A program made the position numbers and the translations under genes. A stretch of DNA of 64,000 nucleotides, taken from an uncultured Candidatus Binatia bacterium (GTDB lineage: Bacteria > Desulfobacterota > Binatia > Bin18). The stretch covers positions 448,001 to 512,000 of the forward strand of contig OZ243961.1 in the NCBI GenBank assembly GCA_965214605.1. Direction: 5' to 3'. Under the pieces are notes generated by a model. It saw only the letters and a program-made list of their open reading frames with translations, was not told the DNA's origin and did not search any database. This document shows, in pieces, positions 39,552 through 49,370 of the stretch (position 1 is its first letter; every line of letters starts with the position of its first letter).

Positions 39552-39983
39552 CTAGCTGCGCTGGATAAAGTCTCTGAGATAGCGATTCTCAAACTCGGCA
39601 GCTTCCAGCTGCGCCTTGACCACATCCCCGATAGAGATCATTCCGGCCAAACGTTCACCATCCAGAATAGGCAGATGTCGAATGCGATTATGGGTCATAA
39701 TGCCCATAATATACGCCACCTCATCCTCAGGGACGGCAATAATCGGGTTGGTACTCATGATCTCCCGAACCATCATCTCTTTCATATCCTCGGGGTGCGT
39801 CGCACACTCGCCTAACAGATCGCGCTCGGTGATAATCCCAACGATGGGGGCGTGTCTGTCAATGACGACCAGGGAGCCGATCCGCAGCGTGATGAAGCGC
39901 TCTAGGGCGTCGTGCAGGCTTGCATCGGCCGCTATAGTTGCCACCGCTGTTCCCTTATGCTTCAAAATATCCTTGACCTTCAT
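39552..39983 (-). CDS. CBS-domain protein
   Basis: MKVKDILKHKG, GIITERD, RIRHLP, GMISIGDVVK. Confidence 0.93.
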   Translation of the reverse strand: MKVKDILKHKGTAVATIAADASLHDALERFITLRIGSLVVIDRHAPIVGIITERDLLGECATHPEDMKEMMVREIMSTNPIIAVPEDEVAYIMGIMTHNRIRHLPILDGERLAGMISIGDVVKAQLEAAEFENRYLRDFIQRS

Positions 39984-40062
39984 ACTTCATCTCCGTTCGT
40001 GAACTCTCCCGCGTCAGCGCCGACGGACGACCGGAACTGCTGGTGAAATTTTGTCTAGAGGT

Positions 40063-40443
40063 CTATACGGCCCTCCTTGTTTTTGACTCGATCACTTCTA
40101 TGTCACGCCACGACTGAGAGATATATTCCCACAGGCAGTGTAGGACCTCGTGGAGGTCTTGGGGAGCGTACCAGCCGGTCGGGATGCCCGGTCCACGGCC
40201 CCACACGGCTTTCCCACAACGCTTGGCAATGGCGTAGGCGTCTGGCGAAGAGTCCGCCGCTTCGTCGCCCACCATATCGGTCAGTTCTTCATAGCTCAGC
40301 TCTTCCCAACGACTCGGATATTCGCCTTCGCCAAACCCATCATATCTAAGATGATGGACGAGATAGTCGCTTAGAGTCTCAAACTCGGTAAAGCGGAGCT
40401 CCTCTTGGTGACCGTAGCTGTCGGTGAATTTTATAATCAGCAT
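40063..40443 (-). CDS. Acidic hypothetical protein (126 aa)
   Basis: RBS GGAGGAG; lies in the minus-strand unit between the YbaK remnant and the CBS gene. Confidence 0.7.
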   Translation of the reverse strand: MLIIKFTDSYGHQEELRFTEFETLSDYLVHHLRYDGFGEGEYPSRWEELSYEELTDMVGDEAADSSPDAYAIAKRCGKAVWGRGPGIPTGWYAPQDLHEVLHCLWEYISQSWRDIEVIESKTRRAV

Positions 40444-40473
40444 ACCGCTCCTCCGTCACTGCGCATAGCCGAC

Positions 40474-40939
40474 TTAGGCCGGTTGAGCAAAGGCCGCCAC
40501 GCTGGGCTGGACGAGCCGGGCAAAATCCGTATACCGCATCGGACAGCGTGGCAGTGCGTGCCCGCGTTGAACACAATTTCCTCCTCTTCCACCAGTGTCC
40601 TATCAACCCACACGTCCAGACCGAATAAATTCCCGAAGGGCGGCTCAGCTCCGGTCTCACAGGAAAGAGCAGTCGGAACTCTTGTTCGCCCTCTAGCCGT
40701 ACCCCCCTCCCCGAGCCGGGCCTGTCACTGCTCAAAATTAACCCGGTAACTCGCCGGCGGCACGGTCATGACCGACCGGATCACCCTGCTTAACCATAAC
40801 GACCTTAGCCACGTGTTTGCCGGGGATATGTTGGCAGGCGGCCGTTCTTTGAGCTGAATAGACCCGTGGATGGGTCAGCACCCGGTTATGGAACGTCGTG
40901 CGCCTCAAACACGTCTCACAGTTCCGGGAGGATTGCCAT
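40474..40939 (-). pseudogene. YbaK/EbsC (aminoacyl-tRNA deacylase family) pseudogene
   Basis: Fragments in shifting frames: MAILPEL*DVFEAHDVP / RVLTHPRVYSAQRTAACQHIPGKHVAKVVMVK / VMTVPPASYRVNF / EQEFRLLFP / CETGAEPPFGNLFGLDVWVD..LVEEEEIVFNAGTH / YTDFARLVQP. Confidence 0.85.
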
Positions 40940-40999
40940 CCTGCTCCTCCCTGTCTCGACCGCCAAAAGCGGTCAGCTCAGCATATACAGAGCATCTGT

Positions 41000-41015
41000 C
41001 GCAAGCTGCGTGCCA
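41000..41015 (-). promoter_or_regulatory. Sigma-54 (-24/-12) promoter
   Basis: TGGCAC-GCAGC-TTGCG on the minus strand, ~60 bp upstream of the YbaK remnant start. Confidence 0.8.
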
Positions 41016-41134
41016 CGCAAAAACAGCCGGACAAAGCCGAGTTACGGCTTCTCTCAGCCCAGGGTGTTCCATTTCCAGGACAGACCGCGAGCCCGTGCGT
41101 TGCAAAGCTGGGACGCCGCGCTATAAAAAGGTGG

Positions 41135-41953
41135 ATGGTGAAAGACAAGAGACATGAGAGAGGCCGGCTCCAGCGAACGAAGTCGCGGGGTCGCAGAGCC
41201 GAAGATCGCCAACTAGAGAGCGAGCGGCTGGTCACAATGGGTCTCACCACAGCCAAGCTGATCCACGAAATTGGGAACCCTCTCAACGGAATGTCCACGA
41301 CGGTGCAGCTGCTGGAACGCGACCTGATGAAACCTGGTCCACCCGATAAGGAACTGCTCCGCTCGACCGTCCACGACCTGTCAAGTGAGATCAACCGCCT
41401 CCGCTCCCTGCTAGTCGAATTCCGCTCCCTGGCACGTCTCCACACGCTCAACCTTCAACCGATCGCACTAGCCAGCCTGGTCACAGAGCTACTTGCGGTG
41501 GAAATTGGCCAGTATGCGGAGCGGGGGATCCAGATCAAAAACGAGGTCCCGTCCGATTTACCCCTCGTCATGGGCGCCCAGGAGAAGCTCAAGCAGGTTG
41601 TGCTCAATCTGTGTCAGAACGCGGTGGAAGCCATGCCACAGGGTGGCAGCCTCACTATCCGGGCTGGCCATGCCGGTGGCCAGGTCACGCTGGAAGTGAT
41701 GGATACGGGGGCTGGTATTCCGGACGGCCTCGATATTTTTGAGCTGTTTACCACCACTAAACCGAGTGGGATGGGGTTGGGATTGGCTGTGGTAAGACAG
41801 ATTGTCTTAGCCCATGACGGAACGATTACCTATGCCAGTGAGCCAGGTCAGGGGACCATCTTTCGGCTCAGCCTACCAGCTCGTCTACCGGCCAAGACAA
41901 GACGGACCAGAGCGACTCGGACCGCAGCCAGGTCGCGCCCGCCGCGCGACTAA
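41135..41953 (+). CDS. Cytoplasmic histidine kinase (HisKA plus HATPase only)
   Basis: HEIGNPLN, NLCQNAVEA, DTGAGI, FTTTK..GMGLGL. Confidence 0.9.
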   Translation: MVKDKRHERGRLQRTKSRGRRAEDRQLESERLVTMGLTTAKLIHEIGNPLNGMSTTVQLLERDLMKPGPPDKELLRSTVHDLSSEINRLRSLLVEFRSLARLHTLNLQPIALASLVTELLAVEIGQYAERGIQIKNEVPSDLPLVMGAQEKLKQVVLNLCQNAVEAMPQGGSLTIRAGHAGGQVTLEVMDTGAGIPDGLDIFELFTTTKPSGMGLGLAVVRQIVLAHDGTITYASEPGQGTIFRLSLPARLPAKTRRTRATRTAARSRPPRD

Positions 41954-43338
41954 CAAGCTTGGGACGGTTCAGGAGGAGAGGCTCGATCAAGCGCAATCCC
42001 AAGCTGCTCCATTTTGCGGTACAGCGAAGAGCGGCTGATCCCCAGCAGCTTGGCCGTCCGCACCCGGTCCTGGCCAGCCTCCCGTAGCACGTGCTCAATG
42101 TGGCTTTTTTCGTAGCCCTGTAGCACGCTTTTCAGCTCATAGCCGGCAGCTTGGCCGGGAGCTCGGCCGAACGCGTCTCCCCCCGGGAAGTCTTCCGGAC
42201 CCAACCACTCGTCATTGCCCAGAATCATAGCCCGCTCTAAGACATTCTCCATCTCGCGCACATTGCCCTTCCAGGGTGCGGCGATAAGGAGTTGCATCGC
42301 CTCATGGGTTACCCCTTTACAGTTTTTCTTCATCTCTACATTGTGGCGCTGAATCAGATACTCAACCAAAGGAGGAATATCGATCCGCCGCTCCCGTAGC
42401 GGCGGAACCACGATGCCAACCACATTGAGGCGATAGAACAGGTCTTCGCGGAAGCGCCCGGCCACAATCTCTTTTTCGAGATCTCGATTACTCGCGGCTA
42501 GGATACGCACATCGACCTGTATGGGTGTGGTCGCCCCGACCGGCAAGACCTCTTTGCGCTCGATAACCCGCAACAGCTTGGGCTGGAGGGTCAGAGGCAG
42601 CTCCCCGATCTCATCCAAAAAAATCGTTCCTCCCTGGGCCTTGCGAAAGAGGCCGTCCTGAGCGCTAAGGGCGCCCGTAAAGGCGCCCTTAGTATGACCA
42701 AACAACTGGCTCTCTAAAAGCGTATCCGGGATAGCGCTACAGTTTACGGGCAGAAAAACCTTGTCCCTACGCTGGCTCTCGGCGTGAATCGCCCGGGCGA
42801 CGAGTTCCTTGCCCACCCCGCTCTCGCCGGTGATCAGAACCGTGCTGGCCGCTGGCGCAACCTTGGTGATCATCTTGAGCACCTCGCGCATCGCTGGGCT
42901 CTGGCCCACCATGCCGCTAGGGTCGATATGTCTGTTGACCTCGCGCCGCAACATCTGGTTTTCCCAGGCCAGACTCTTGTGCTCCATGAGCAAATGGACC
43001 TTGCGTAGTAAGTCATCGAACATGATTGGCTTGAGCAGATAGTCTTGGGCGCCGAGCTGGAGGGCGGCAACAGCCGTATCGACCGAGGCATGGGCGGTCA
43101 TAATCGCCACGAAGGTTTGGGGAGCAACGTCTCGTACGTGCTGGAGCACGTCTAGGCCGTCAGCCCCAGGTATACGTAAGTCGGTCAGCACCAGGTCGAA
43201 GTCGCGCTCATCAATGGCGACCAGCGCTGCCTGACCATCTGCGACTTCGTGAACCCGATAGCCTTCTTCGTGCAGCACCCGACAAATATTTTTTCGTGGG
43301 ATCGTTTCGTCTTCGACCACGAGAATAGTGCCCGTCAT
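41950..43338 (-). CDS. Sigma-54-dependent response regulator (NtrC/AtoC family)
   Basis: Receiver domain, GESGVGKE, GAFTGA, FLDEIGE, Fis-type HTH. Confidence 0.96.
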   Translation of the reverse strand: MTGTILVVEDETIPRKNICRVLHEEGYRVHEVADGQAALVAIDERDFDLVLTDLRIPGADGLDVLQHVRDVAPQTFVAIMTAHASVDTAVAALQLGAQDYLLKPIMFDDLLRKVHLLMEHKSLAWENQMLRREVNRHIDPSGMVGQSPAMREVLKMITKVAPAASTVLITGESGVGKELVARAIHAESQRRDKVFLPVNCSAIPDTLLESQLFGHTKGAFTGALSAQDGLFRKAQGGTIFLDEIGELPLTLQPKLLRVIERKEVLPVGATTPIQVDVRILAASNRDLEKEIVAGRFREDLFYRLNVVGIVVPPLRERRIDIPPLVEYLIQRHNVEMKKNCKGVTHEAMQLLIAAPWKGNVREMENVLERAMILGNDEWLGPEDFPGGDAFGRAPGQAAGYELKSVLQGYEKSHIEHVLREAGQDRVRTAKLLGISRSSLYRKMEQLGIALDRASPPEPSQAC

Positions 43339-43574
43339 GTCAACACTCCATCTCAAAAACGGGACACTTCCTTTTTTACCCAACTCCGCCTCAATAAGTA
43401 AAGAGGGACACATCACCTACATGTTGAGGAGGAGCACCCAGACCTTCGACGCCCGCCAGCCCCTGACCCAAGACAGACACAGGGGCCGGAAGGGCGTCGC
43501 CCTGCACTTCTCTCTGTTCCAGGAATCGCGCTCCTAGGCAAAATCGCCGATATGTCGCCGATATGAATGGTGCG

Positions 43575-44687
43575 TCACAGTTTTGGGGAATAGCGATTCG
43601 TATCGTAATAGCGCTCAATATCAATCGTCTTTAGCGTGCTGACGGCCTCGGCTAACGACACGAAAGACAGCTGACAGGCGGGAGCAACACCACGTGCACT
43701 GACCATCTGCCCAAAGGCTCCTTGGACCACGGCTTCCACCGCCGCGACCCCAAAGAGTCTCCCCATGATACGATCCACCACAGAGGGAGATCCGCCCCGC
43801 TGGCTATGGCCAATGACAAGGGCCCGGGCGTCAAAAGGAGTGTCTTGATGGATGTGCTCCGCCAGCACATTGCCAATTCCGCCCAAACGCTCGTGGCCAA
43901 AAGCATCACGGCTCGTATCCAGCTTCACCAGACCCTTATCAACCGCAGTCGCCCCTTCCGCAACCACAATGACCGCGTAGCGCGGATAGCGCCGATCATG
44001 CTCTGCCCGCTCAAAACGTTTGGTCAAGAGTTCGTAGACGTGTTCATACGTAAAAGGATACTCGGGAATAAGCGCCATGGCAGCTCCGCCCGCCATAGCA
44101 CTCCACAGGGCTAAGTGGCCGGCGTGTCGCCCCATGACCTCCACGACCTGAACCCAATGGTGGGAGCCGGCCGGGCTGCGGACCTTTTCGATCACCTCGG
44201 CACAGTTCCGCAACGCGGTATCAAAACCAAGCGTGTAGTCGGTGTGGTTCAAGTCATTGTCGATAGTCTTCGGAATACCAACGATCTTACCGCCCTGCTG
44301 GTACAACCTATTTGCGACCCCAAGCGTGTCTTCTCCGCCTAGCGCAATCACCGCATCAAGCTGCAAGCGCTCGATATTGGACAAGACCTCAGCCGAGCGG
44401 TCACTCGGCTCGGTTTGGCCTAGAGGTGGGGTACGGAACGGGTTAGTCCGAGAGGAACCGAGATGCGTGCCTCCATCACGGTCCCAGCGCCGGACCGTGT
44501 GATCTTCCAGGCGCATCCACTCCCGACAGCCTTCGTTCAACAGCCCCTGCCAACCGTCGTACAGACCGATGATCTCAATCCCCAGGACGGTTGCCTTATA
44601 GACAATGGCTTTCAGTGCAGGATTCAAGCCGGGCGCATCACCACCCCCGGTCAAGAGTCCAATCCGTTTGATCTGCTGCGTACTCAT
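43575..44687 (-). CDS. pfkA: 6-phosphofructokinase (PfkA family)
   Basis: TGGGDAPGLN, GGEDT, PKTIDND, VEVMGRHAG, GHSQRGG. Confidence 0.93.
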   Translation of the reverse strand: MSTQQIKRIGLLTGGGDAPGLNPALKAIVYKATVLGIEIIGLYDGWQGLLNEGCREWMRLEDHTVRRWDRDGGTHLGSSRTNPFRTPPLGQTEPSDRSAEVLSNIERLQLDAVIALGGEDTLGVANRLYQQGGKIVGIPKTIDNDLNHTDYTLGFDTALRNCAEVIEKVRSPAGSHHWVQVVEVMGRHAGHLALWSAMAGGAAMALIPEYPFTYEHVYELLTKRFERAEHDRRYPRYAVIVVAEGATAVDKGLVKLDTSRDAFGHERLGGIGNVLAEHIHQDTPFDARALVIGHSQRGGSPSVVDRIMGRLFGVAAVEAVVQGAFGQMVSARGVAPACQLSFVSLAEAVSTLKTIDIERYYDTNRYSPKL

Positions 44688-44848
44688 AGGAGCTTGCTAA
44701 GGGGGGCCGAGATGAAAAAGCATATGGACAATTCTGAGATTCCCGTATCCCAAAAAAGGAGAGCAGACAAGTACGGACGTGCCCGCCTCAATCTCTTGCT
44801 TTTCGATTGAGTACAGAGATATCCTTGAGGGTGGCAAAGGAGAGATTT

Positions 44849-45142
44849 ATGCAGTTTTTGATCACCATCACATGGCGCGCCGGCGCGACCGTGGCTCAAA
44901 ACCGCTCGGCCGCCAGCATAGTCCAACGACGTCTTATGAAGCCGACCAAGGGAGTAAGAATCATGAACACCGTGGCCGACCTAGGCAAGCGCAAGCTGTA
45001 TGTTCTGGCCGAGGTGACCGAAGAGGCGGTGAACAATATCCAAGACACTTTGGAACTCACCACCCAGCCGGCGATAGACAGTGTAGAGACAACCCTGGTC
45101 GTAGACGGCAAGAGGGCGATCAACATTTATCTGACAATGTGA
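44849..45142 (+). CDS. Small hypothetical protein (97 aa, DUF3303-like by eye)
   Basis: RBS AAGGAG; MQFLITITW start, alpha/beta pattern. Confidence 0.65.
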   Translation: MQFLITITWRAGATVAQNRSAASIVQRRLMKPTKGVRIMNTVADLGKRKLYVLAEVTEEAVNNIQDTLELTTQPAIDSVETTLVVDGKRAINIYLTM

Positions 45143-45184
45143 TCTCTAAAGGGGTGCTTGGCACCCGGGGCGGCAGGTATGACC

Positions 45185-45604
45185 CTATTCTTCCAGCATT
45201 TTTCGGACTTCTTCGGCATCGTCTTCAGCACTCGCCAGTGCTCCTTCCAGAAACACGCGCAGAGCAGTGTTCCCGACAGCATCGGCCAGCTTGATACACT
45301 CCTGATACTCCTTCACCGCGGCCTCTTCCAGAGCCAAACTCTCGGTCAAGATCACCTCTGACTTCGTCGAATGGGTAATCTCCGGCACCTCGGTTGTTGG
45401 AATACCACCCAGCGAGACAATCTTATCGGCCAGCTTAAAGGCGTCTTCCATCTCCTTCTGGACCTGACCGCGTAACCAACTCACCATCGCCGGACGCCGC
45501 ATCCCCTTAACCATGTACGAGTTCTGGACATACTGAAAGATAGTCCGATACTCACTCTGTAGAGTCTTGTTCAGTTGCGCCAGCAATTTTTCACTATTGG
45601 CCAT
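45185..45604 (-). CDS. Ferritin-like (bacterioferritin-related) protein
   Basis: LNK.L..EY..I.QY, LADKIVSLGGIP, LALEEAAVKEY four-helix pattern; RBS AAGGAGG. Confidence 0.85.
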   Translation of the reverse strand: MANSEKLLAQLNKTLQSEYRTIFQYVQNSYMVKGMRRPAMVSWLRGQVQKEMEDAFKLADKIVSLGGIPTTEVPEITHSTKSEVILTESLALEEAAVKEYQECIKLADAVGNTALRVFLEGALASAEDDAEEVRKMLEE

Positions 45605-46079
45605 TGTATCCCTCCTTGTGGTGACTGCAGTATAGCACCTCGCCCACTCTTGTCCGACTGAGAAGGTACTGGTCCCAATACTATATGCAATAGCATATAT
45701 GCTGGCAATTCCTCACGATCTCGCACAAGAGACCATCCAGGAATGATATAATCAGTCAGATGCCCGGCCCAGCTTTCTTCACTCCTCATTTATCGGACCT
45801 CAAGACGAGGGGGACGAGAGACAATTCTTGTCACCCAAATATCACTTTTTCAGCTTGACTATTGACCGAGACTTGGGCTAGTAAAGACCCAAAATATCTG
45901 CTTCGAATCTTAAAGCAGCTGCGGATAAGGTCCCTGATGATGGTGTCCTCTAGTCGCGTGTTTTCGCCCTTCCCCATCGTTTGGTACAGAGAAGCTTCGG
46001 AGAGTGGCAGAGGGAGATTTGAACCAAGTGTGAGCAAGCCACCTTACCTCGTTTGACGTTGAACCAAGGAGACAGAAAC

Positions 46080-46643
46080 ATGGTAAGAGATGATCTGACA
46101 ACACGATATTCGAGTGAGGGCATTGAAGAGGAAGAACACATCATAGCAGAGCGGACGGCTCCTGCCCGGCGCCAGCTTGATGAGAGTGCGCTCCACGAAC
46201 CCATCAGCACCCTCCCCTATGTTCCCCCCCTCAATGTCACTCCCCAGACAAGTGTGGCCGAGGCCGTTCGCCTCATGCAGGAACAGGGCGTTGGCTGTGT
46301 CTTAGTCCAAGAGGCGGACCGTTTAGTTGGGATTTTTACGGAGCGTGATCTGTTGAACAAAGTCCTCGACAGTGGTCAGGAGCTAGCCCAGGTTCGAGTC
46401 GAATCTGTTATGACGGCAGACCCCGATGCCTTGCCAACAGACGCCCCGATCGCCTTTGCCCTCAACCGTATGGGAGAGGGCGGCTTTCGACGGCTCCCAC
46501 TCGTAGACGAGGCCCATCAGCCAGTCGGTATGCTGTCGGTCAAGCATATTATCTCTTACCTAGCCGAGTTCTTTCCAGAAGCCGTGCTCAATCTCCCCCC
46601 CCAGGCAGAGCTGCTGCACCCCGGCGAAATTGACGGGGGCTGA
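46080..46643 (+). CDS. CBS-domain protein
   Basis: LVGIFTERDL, GGFRRLPLVD, VLNLPP. Confidence 0.9.
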   Translation: MVRDDLTTRYSSEGIEEEEHIIAERTAPARRQLDESALHEPISTLPYVPPLNVTPQTSVAEAVRLMQEQGVGCVLVQEADRLVGIFTERDLLNKVLDSGQELAQVRVESVMTADPDALPTDAPIAFALNRMGEGGFRRLPLVDEAHQPVGMLSVKHIISYLAEFFPEAVLNLPPQAELLHPGEIDGG

Positions 46644-46658
46644 GACGCCCAGCCCCTC

Positions 46659-47459
46659 TTAGCCGATCCTAGCGCTCTGCCCACCGTCAACCGGCAGAAC
46701 CACCCCGGTAATAAACCGGGCCTCGTCCGAGGCCAGAAACAGCGAGGCATAGGCGATATCCCAGCCAGTGCCCATTTTTCTACCCAGGGGCACCTGGGCG
46801 TCACGTTCCTGGCGCAGGGCGTCTTTGGAAATATGACGGGCGGCTGAAATACCCTCAATGGCCATCGGGGTATCCATCAGACCAGGCATGATAGCGTTAA
46901 CCCGAATACCATATTTGGCGTTGCCAAGGGCCATCTGATGGGTCATGGCGTTGATACCGGCCTTGGAGGTTTTATAGGCCAACATGCCAACCGAGCACAC
47001 CGCAGCAATTGAGGAGATACTGATGATACTGCCGCTTCCCTGCTCGCGCATAATCGGCAGGCTATGCTTACACGGCAGAAAGACGCTCTTCATATTGACA
47101 CTCATGATTCGGTCCCAGGCTTCTTCCTGAAGGTGGGTGGGACCCGAGTCATGGTCTCCAATACCGACGTTATTCTGCAGAATATCAACCCGCCCAAACT
47201 GTTGGACACAGCTCTCGACCATGCTTCGACAGTCGTCCGAGCTGGTAGCATCGGCCCGAAAGGCGACGGCTTGGCCGTCCTCTTTGGCAATCATCTTACA
47301 TGTCTCCTGGGCTGACTCCAGCCGTCGGTCTACCACGAGCACCCGAGCACCTTCGCGGGCATAGACGATAGCGGTGGCCCGGCCGTTGCCAATCGTATCG
47401 CCCGGTGTTTGACCCGCCCCAACAACAATCGCCACCTTGTCTTTGAGTCGGTCTGCCAT
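46659..47459 (-). CDS. Short-chain dehydrogenase/reductase
   Basis: GAGQTPG..IGNG, NNVG, YKTSK, PGLMDTP. Confidence 0.93.
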   Translation of the reverse strand: MADRLKDKVAIVVGAGQTPGDTIGNGRATAIVYAREGARVLVVDRRLESAQETCKMIAKEDGQAVAFRADATSSDDCRSMVESCVQQFGRVDILQNNVGIGDHDSGPTHLQEEAWDRIMSVNMKSVFLPCKHSLPIMREQGSGSIISISSIAAVCSVGMLAYKTSKAGINAMTHQMALGNAKYGIRVNAIMPGLMDTPMAIEGISAARHISKDALRQERDAQVPLGRKMGTGWDIAYASLFLASDEARFITGVVLPVDGGQSARIG

Positions 47460-47622
47460 ACGTCCTCCTTTGCGGCAGGGCCGTGCGCCCTGCGGTGTTT
47501 CACCGGACGCTAGCACCGTGCCGGCCCAAGGACAAGAAAGAGCAAAAGAGGGGATGATGACCGGATTAGACCGGCTTATTCTTGTACCGTTTGGATTTCA
47601 TACAAATTTCATAAAAAATATC

Positions 47623-47650
47623 TTGACTGAATGAACGTTCATGTCATATT
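47623..47650 (+). promoter_or_regulatory. Putative sigma-70 promoter with a palindromic operator
   Basis: TTGACT, then the perfect palindrome ATGAACGTTCAT (47631-47642), then CATATT. Confidence 0.5.
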
Positions 47651-47728
47651 CATAATCGCTGGCAAAAAATGGAACACGGGCGATACTGTCTAAGAGGATA
47701 TCCCCTCGGAGCGCGCCCGGGAGGCAAC

Positions 47729-49189
47729 ATGACGCACCGAGCTGTTCAGCTCGTCGCACTTCTCGTCTTGACGGCTCTCATAGCGGAAGACCGATCGGTG
47801 GCGGCCGAGGAGACCGCCCGGCGAAGCTGGAAAACCCTCGATGAACTGTCCGCACGAGAACTCCAAAACATCGACCAAGCGACGGCCACCCCGCGTCATC
47901 CCGAGGTGGCCTATCTGCCAGCCGAGCCCTATCCATTCAGTCCACCCTACACCGCTGAAGAGATGGGCTACCGACTGATGGAATATAACCCGCGTCCGCG
48001 TTGGTCGGGGGCGGTGGCCAACAGCTGGGCATCAATCGGTGACTCCGGCGTACTGCTGAATCCCGGCAAGTCGATTACCTTTGTCGATTATGCGCCGGCG
48101 GAGCGTGGGCTCACGGGCGTGCAGGCTGAGTTTCGTCTGAAGGCTGGCGAGGAAGTCTATCGTTCGTTGAGCCAGGGTATCGCTCCCCCGGCTGCCGAAG
48201 GGTCACAGTGGATTGCGATCCATTATCGGACCGATAAGAGCTTTTACAAGAAGGAAGAGCGTTTCCGCTATTCGCCGTCTATCCGGCGTGTGCGCCACCA
48301 AGTTCCCCGGCGGCGCCAGAGCCGTTTTCCCAACATGGCGCTGACGCCGGATGACTCGTATGGGCGGGACGCCTGGGAGTTTACCTGGCGTATTCTTGGC
48401 ACGGACGTGGTGCATCAGACGGTGCGTTTTCCACACACGCGACCGACGATCACGCTCCGAGATAGTGAGACCAGCGAATTTCGAAAGTATCAGACCGAGG
48501 CGCTCAAACTGATGGGCACCTCTTATCCCCACTACAACGCTGACGGCGGGGTTGAGTGTTATGTTGTCGAGGCCGTTGCCCGCGAAGACTGGCTGCCGAA
48601 CTACTATGTGCCGCGCCTGATCTTCTGGCTGGACAAACACTCGTTTTTTCCCCTGCGGATCGAACAGTACGGTCCGGACGGCAATCTGCTCCATATTGAG
48701 GTCCGGATGGCTGACCTGTTCAATCCGGCCCTAGGCGAACAGGGGTATGGCACCCGCTTTATTGTCCATTGGCATATTCCGCCCGATATCATGTCCTACA
48801 TGTCCAACGACAGCCATAAGGTGATTGATTGGGATGCGCGGGAAGCCGAGATTTATTTCAATCCCGACTTTCTGCGCCGTCAGTGGTATCTCGATACCTC
48901 AATCAAAACCCAAGCCGAGGTGAAATATCCGGAAGAATTCTTCCTGCGACCGAGCATGTGGCCGGACAAGTTTCCAAACCAGCGCCCGATACAACTGTCA
49001 GCCGCCATGCAGGTCAAGCTGCAGGCCCAAAATACGGCCAACCGGCTGGTTTTTCGAGGGGAAACCCTGCCCGTTCAGGTGACGGCCGAACAGACATCCA
49101 CCGCCTCAGACCGGGCCAGTGCTCAGCCTCGCATCGGCCAACAAGACGCGACGACGCGCTACGTCCAGAATCCGGCGAGCCGACGCTAA
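47729..49189 (+). CDS. DUF1329-family periplasmic protein
   Basis: Signal peptide, YSPSIRRVR, TPDDSYG, CYVVEA..R, RIEQY..DG motifs. Confidence 0.7.
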   Translation: MTHRAVQLVALLVLTALIAEDRSVAAEETARRSWKTLDELSARELQNIDQATATPRHPEVAYLPAEPYPFSPPYTAEEMGYRLMEYNPRPRWSGAVANSWASIGDSGVLLNPGKSITFVDYAPAERGLTGVQAEFRLKAGEEVYRSLSQGIAPPAAEGSQWIAIHYRTDKSFYKKEERFRYSPSIRRVRHQVPRRRQSRFPNMALTPDDSYGRDAWEFTWRILGTDVVHQTVRFPHTRPTITLRDSETSEFRKYQTEALKLMGTSYPHYNADGGVECYVVEAVAREDWLPNYYVPRLIFWLDKHSFFPLRIEQYGPDGNLLHIEVRMADLFNPALGEQGYGTRFIVHWHIPPDIMSYMSNDSHKVIDWDAREAEIYFNPDFLRRQWYLDTSIKTQAEVKYPEEFFLRPSMWPDKFPNQRPIQLSAAMQVKLQAQNTANRLVFRGETLPVQVTAEQTSTASDRASAQPRIGQQDATTRYVQNPASRR

Positions 49190-49370
49190 CTCGATTCCTC
49201 CTGCGGGTGGGAGGCCCGGTACCCTCCCGAGCCTCTCACTCGGCCCTCCACCCCATCAGAGCCTCCTTCGGCTCAGCCACCCGTGCTCAGGCCCTTGTCC
49301 CTCGCAGTCGAGCGGCCTATGCTCTGGAGTCGGTTGCCCCCTTATCCCATCAAGTCTAGAGAGGACCACT

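Noticed and set aside
45660-45720. Palindrome AGCATATATGCT and a possible sigma-54 site upstream of the ferritin-like gene
   Set aside because: No GG-N10-GC spacing; one AT-rich palindrome is too weak to call
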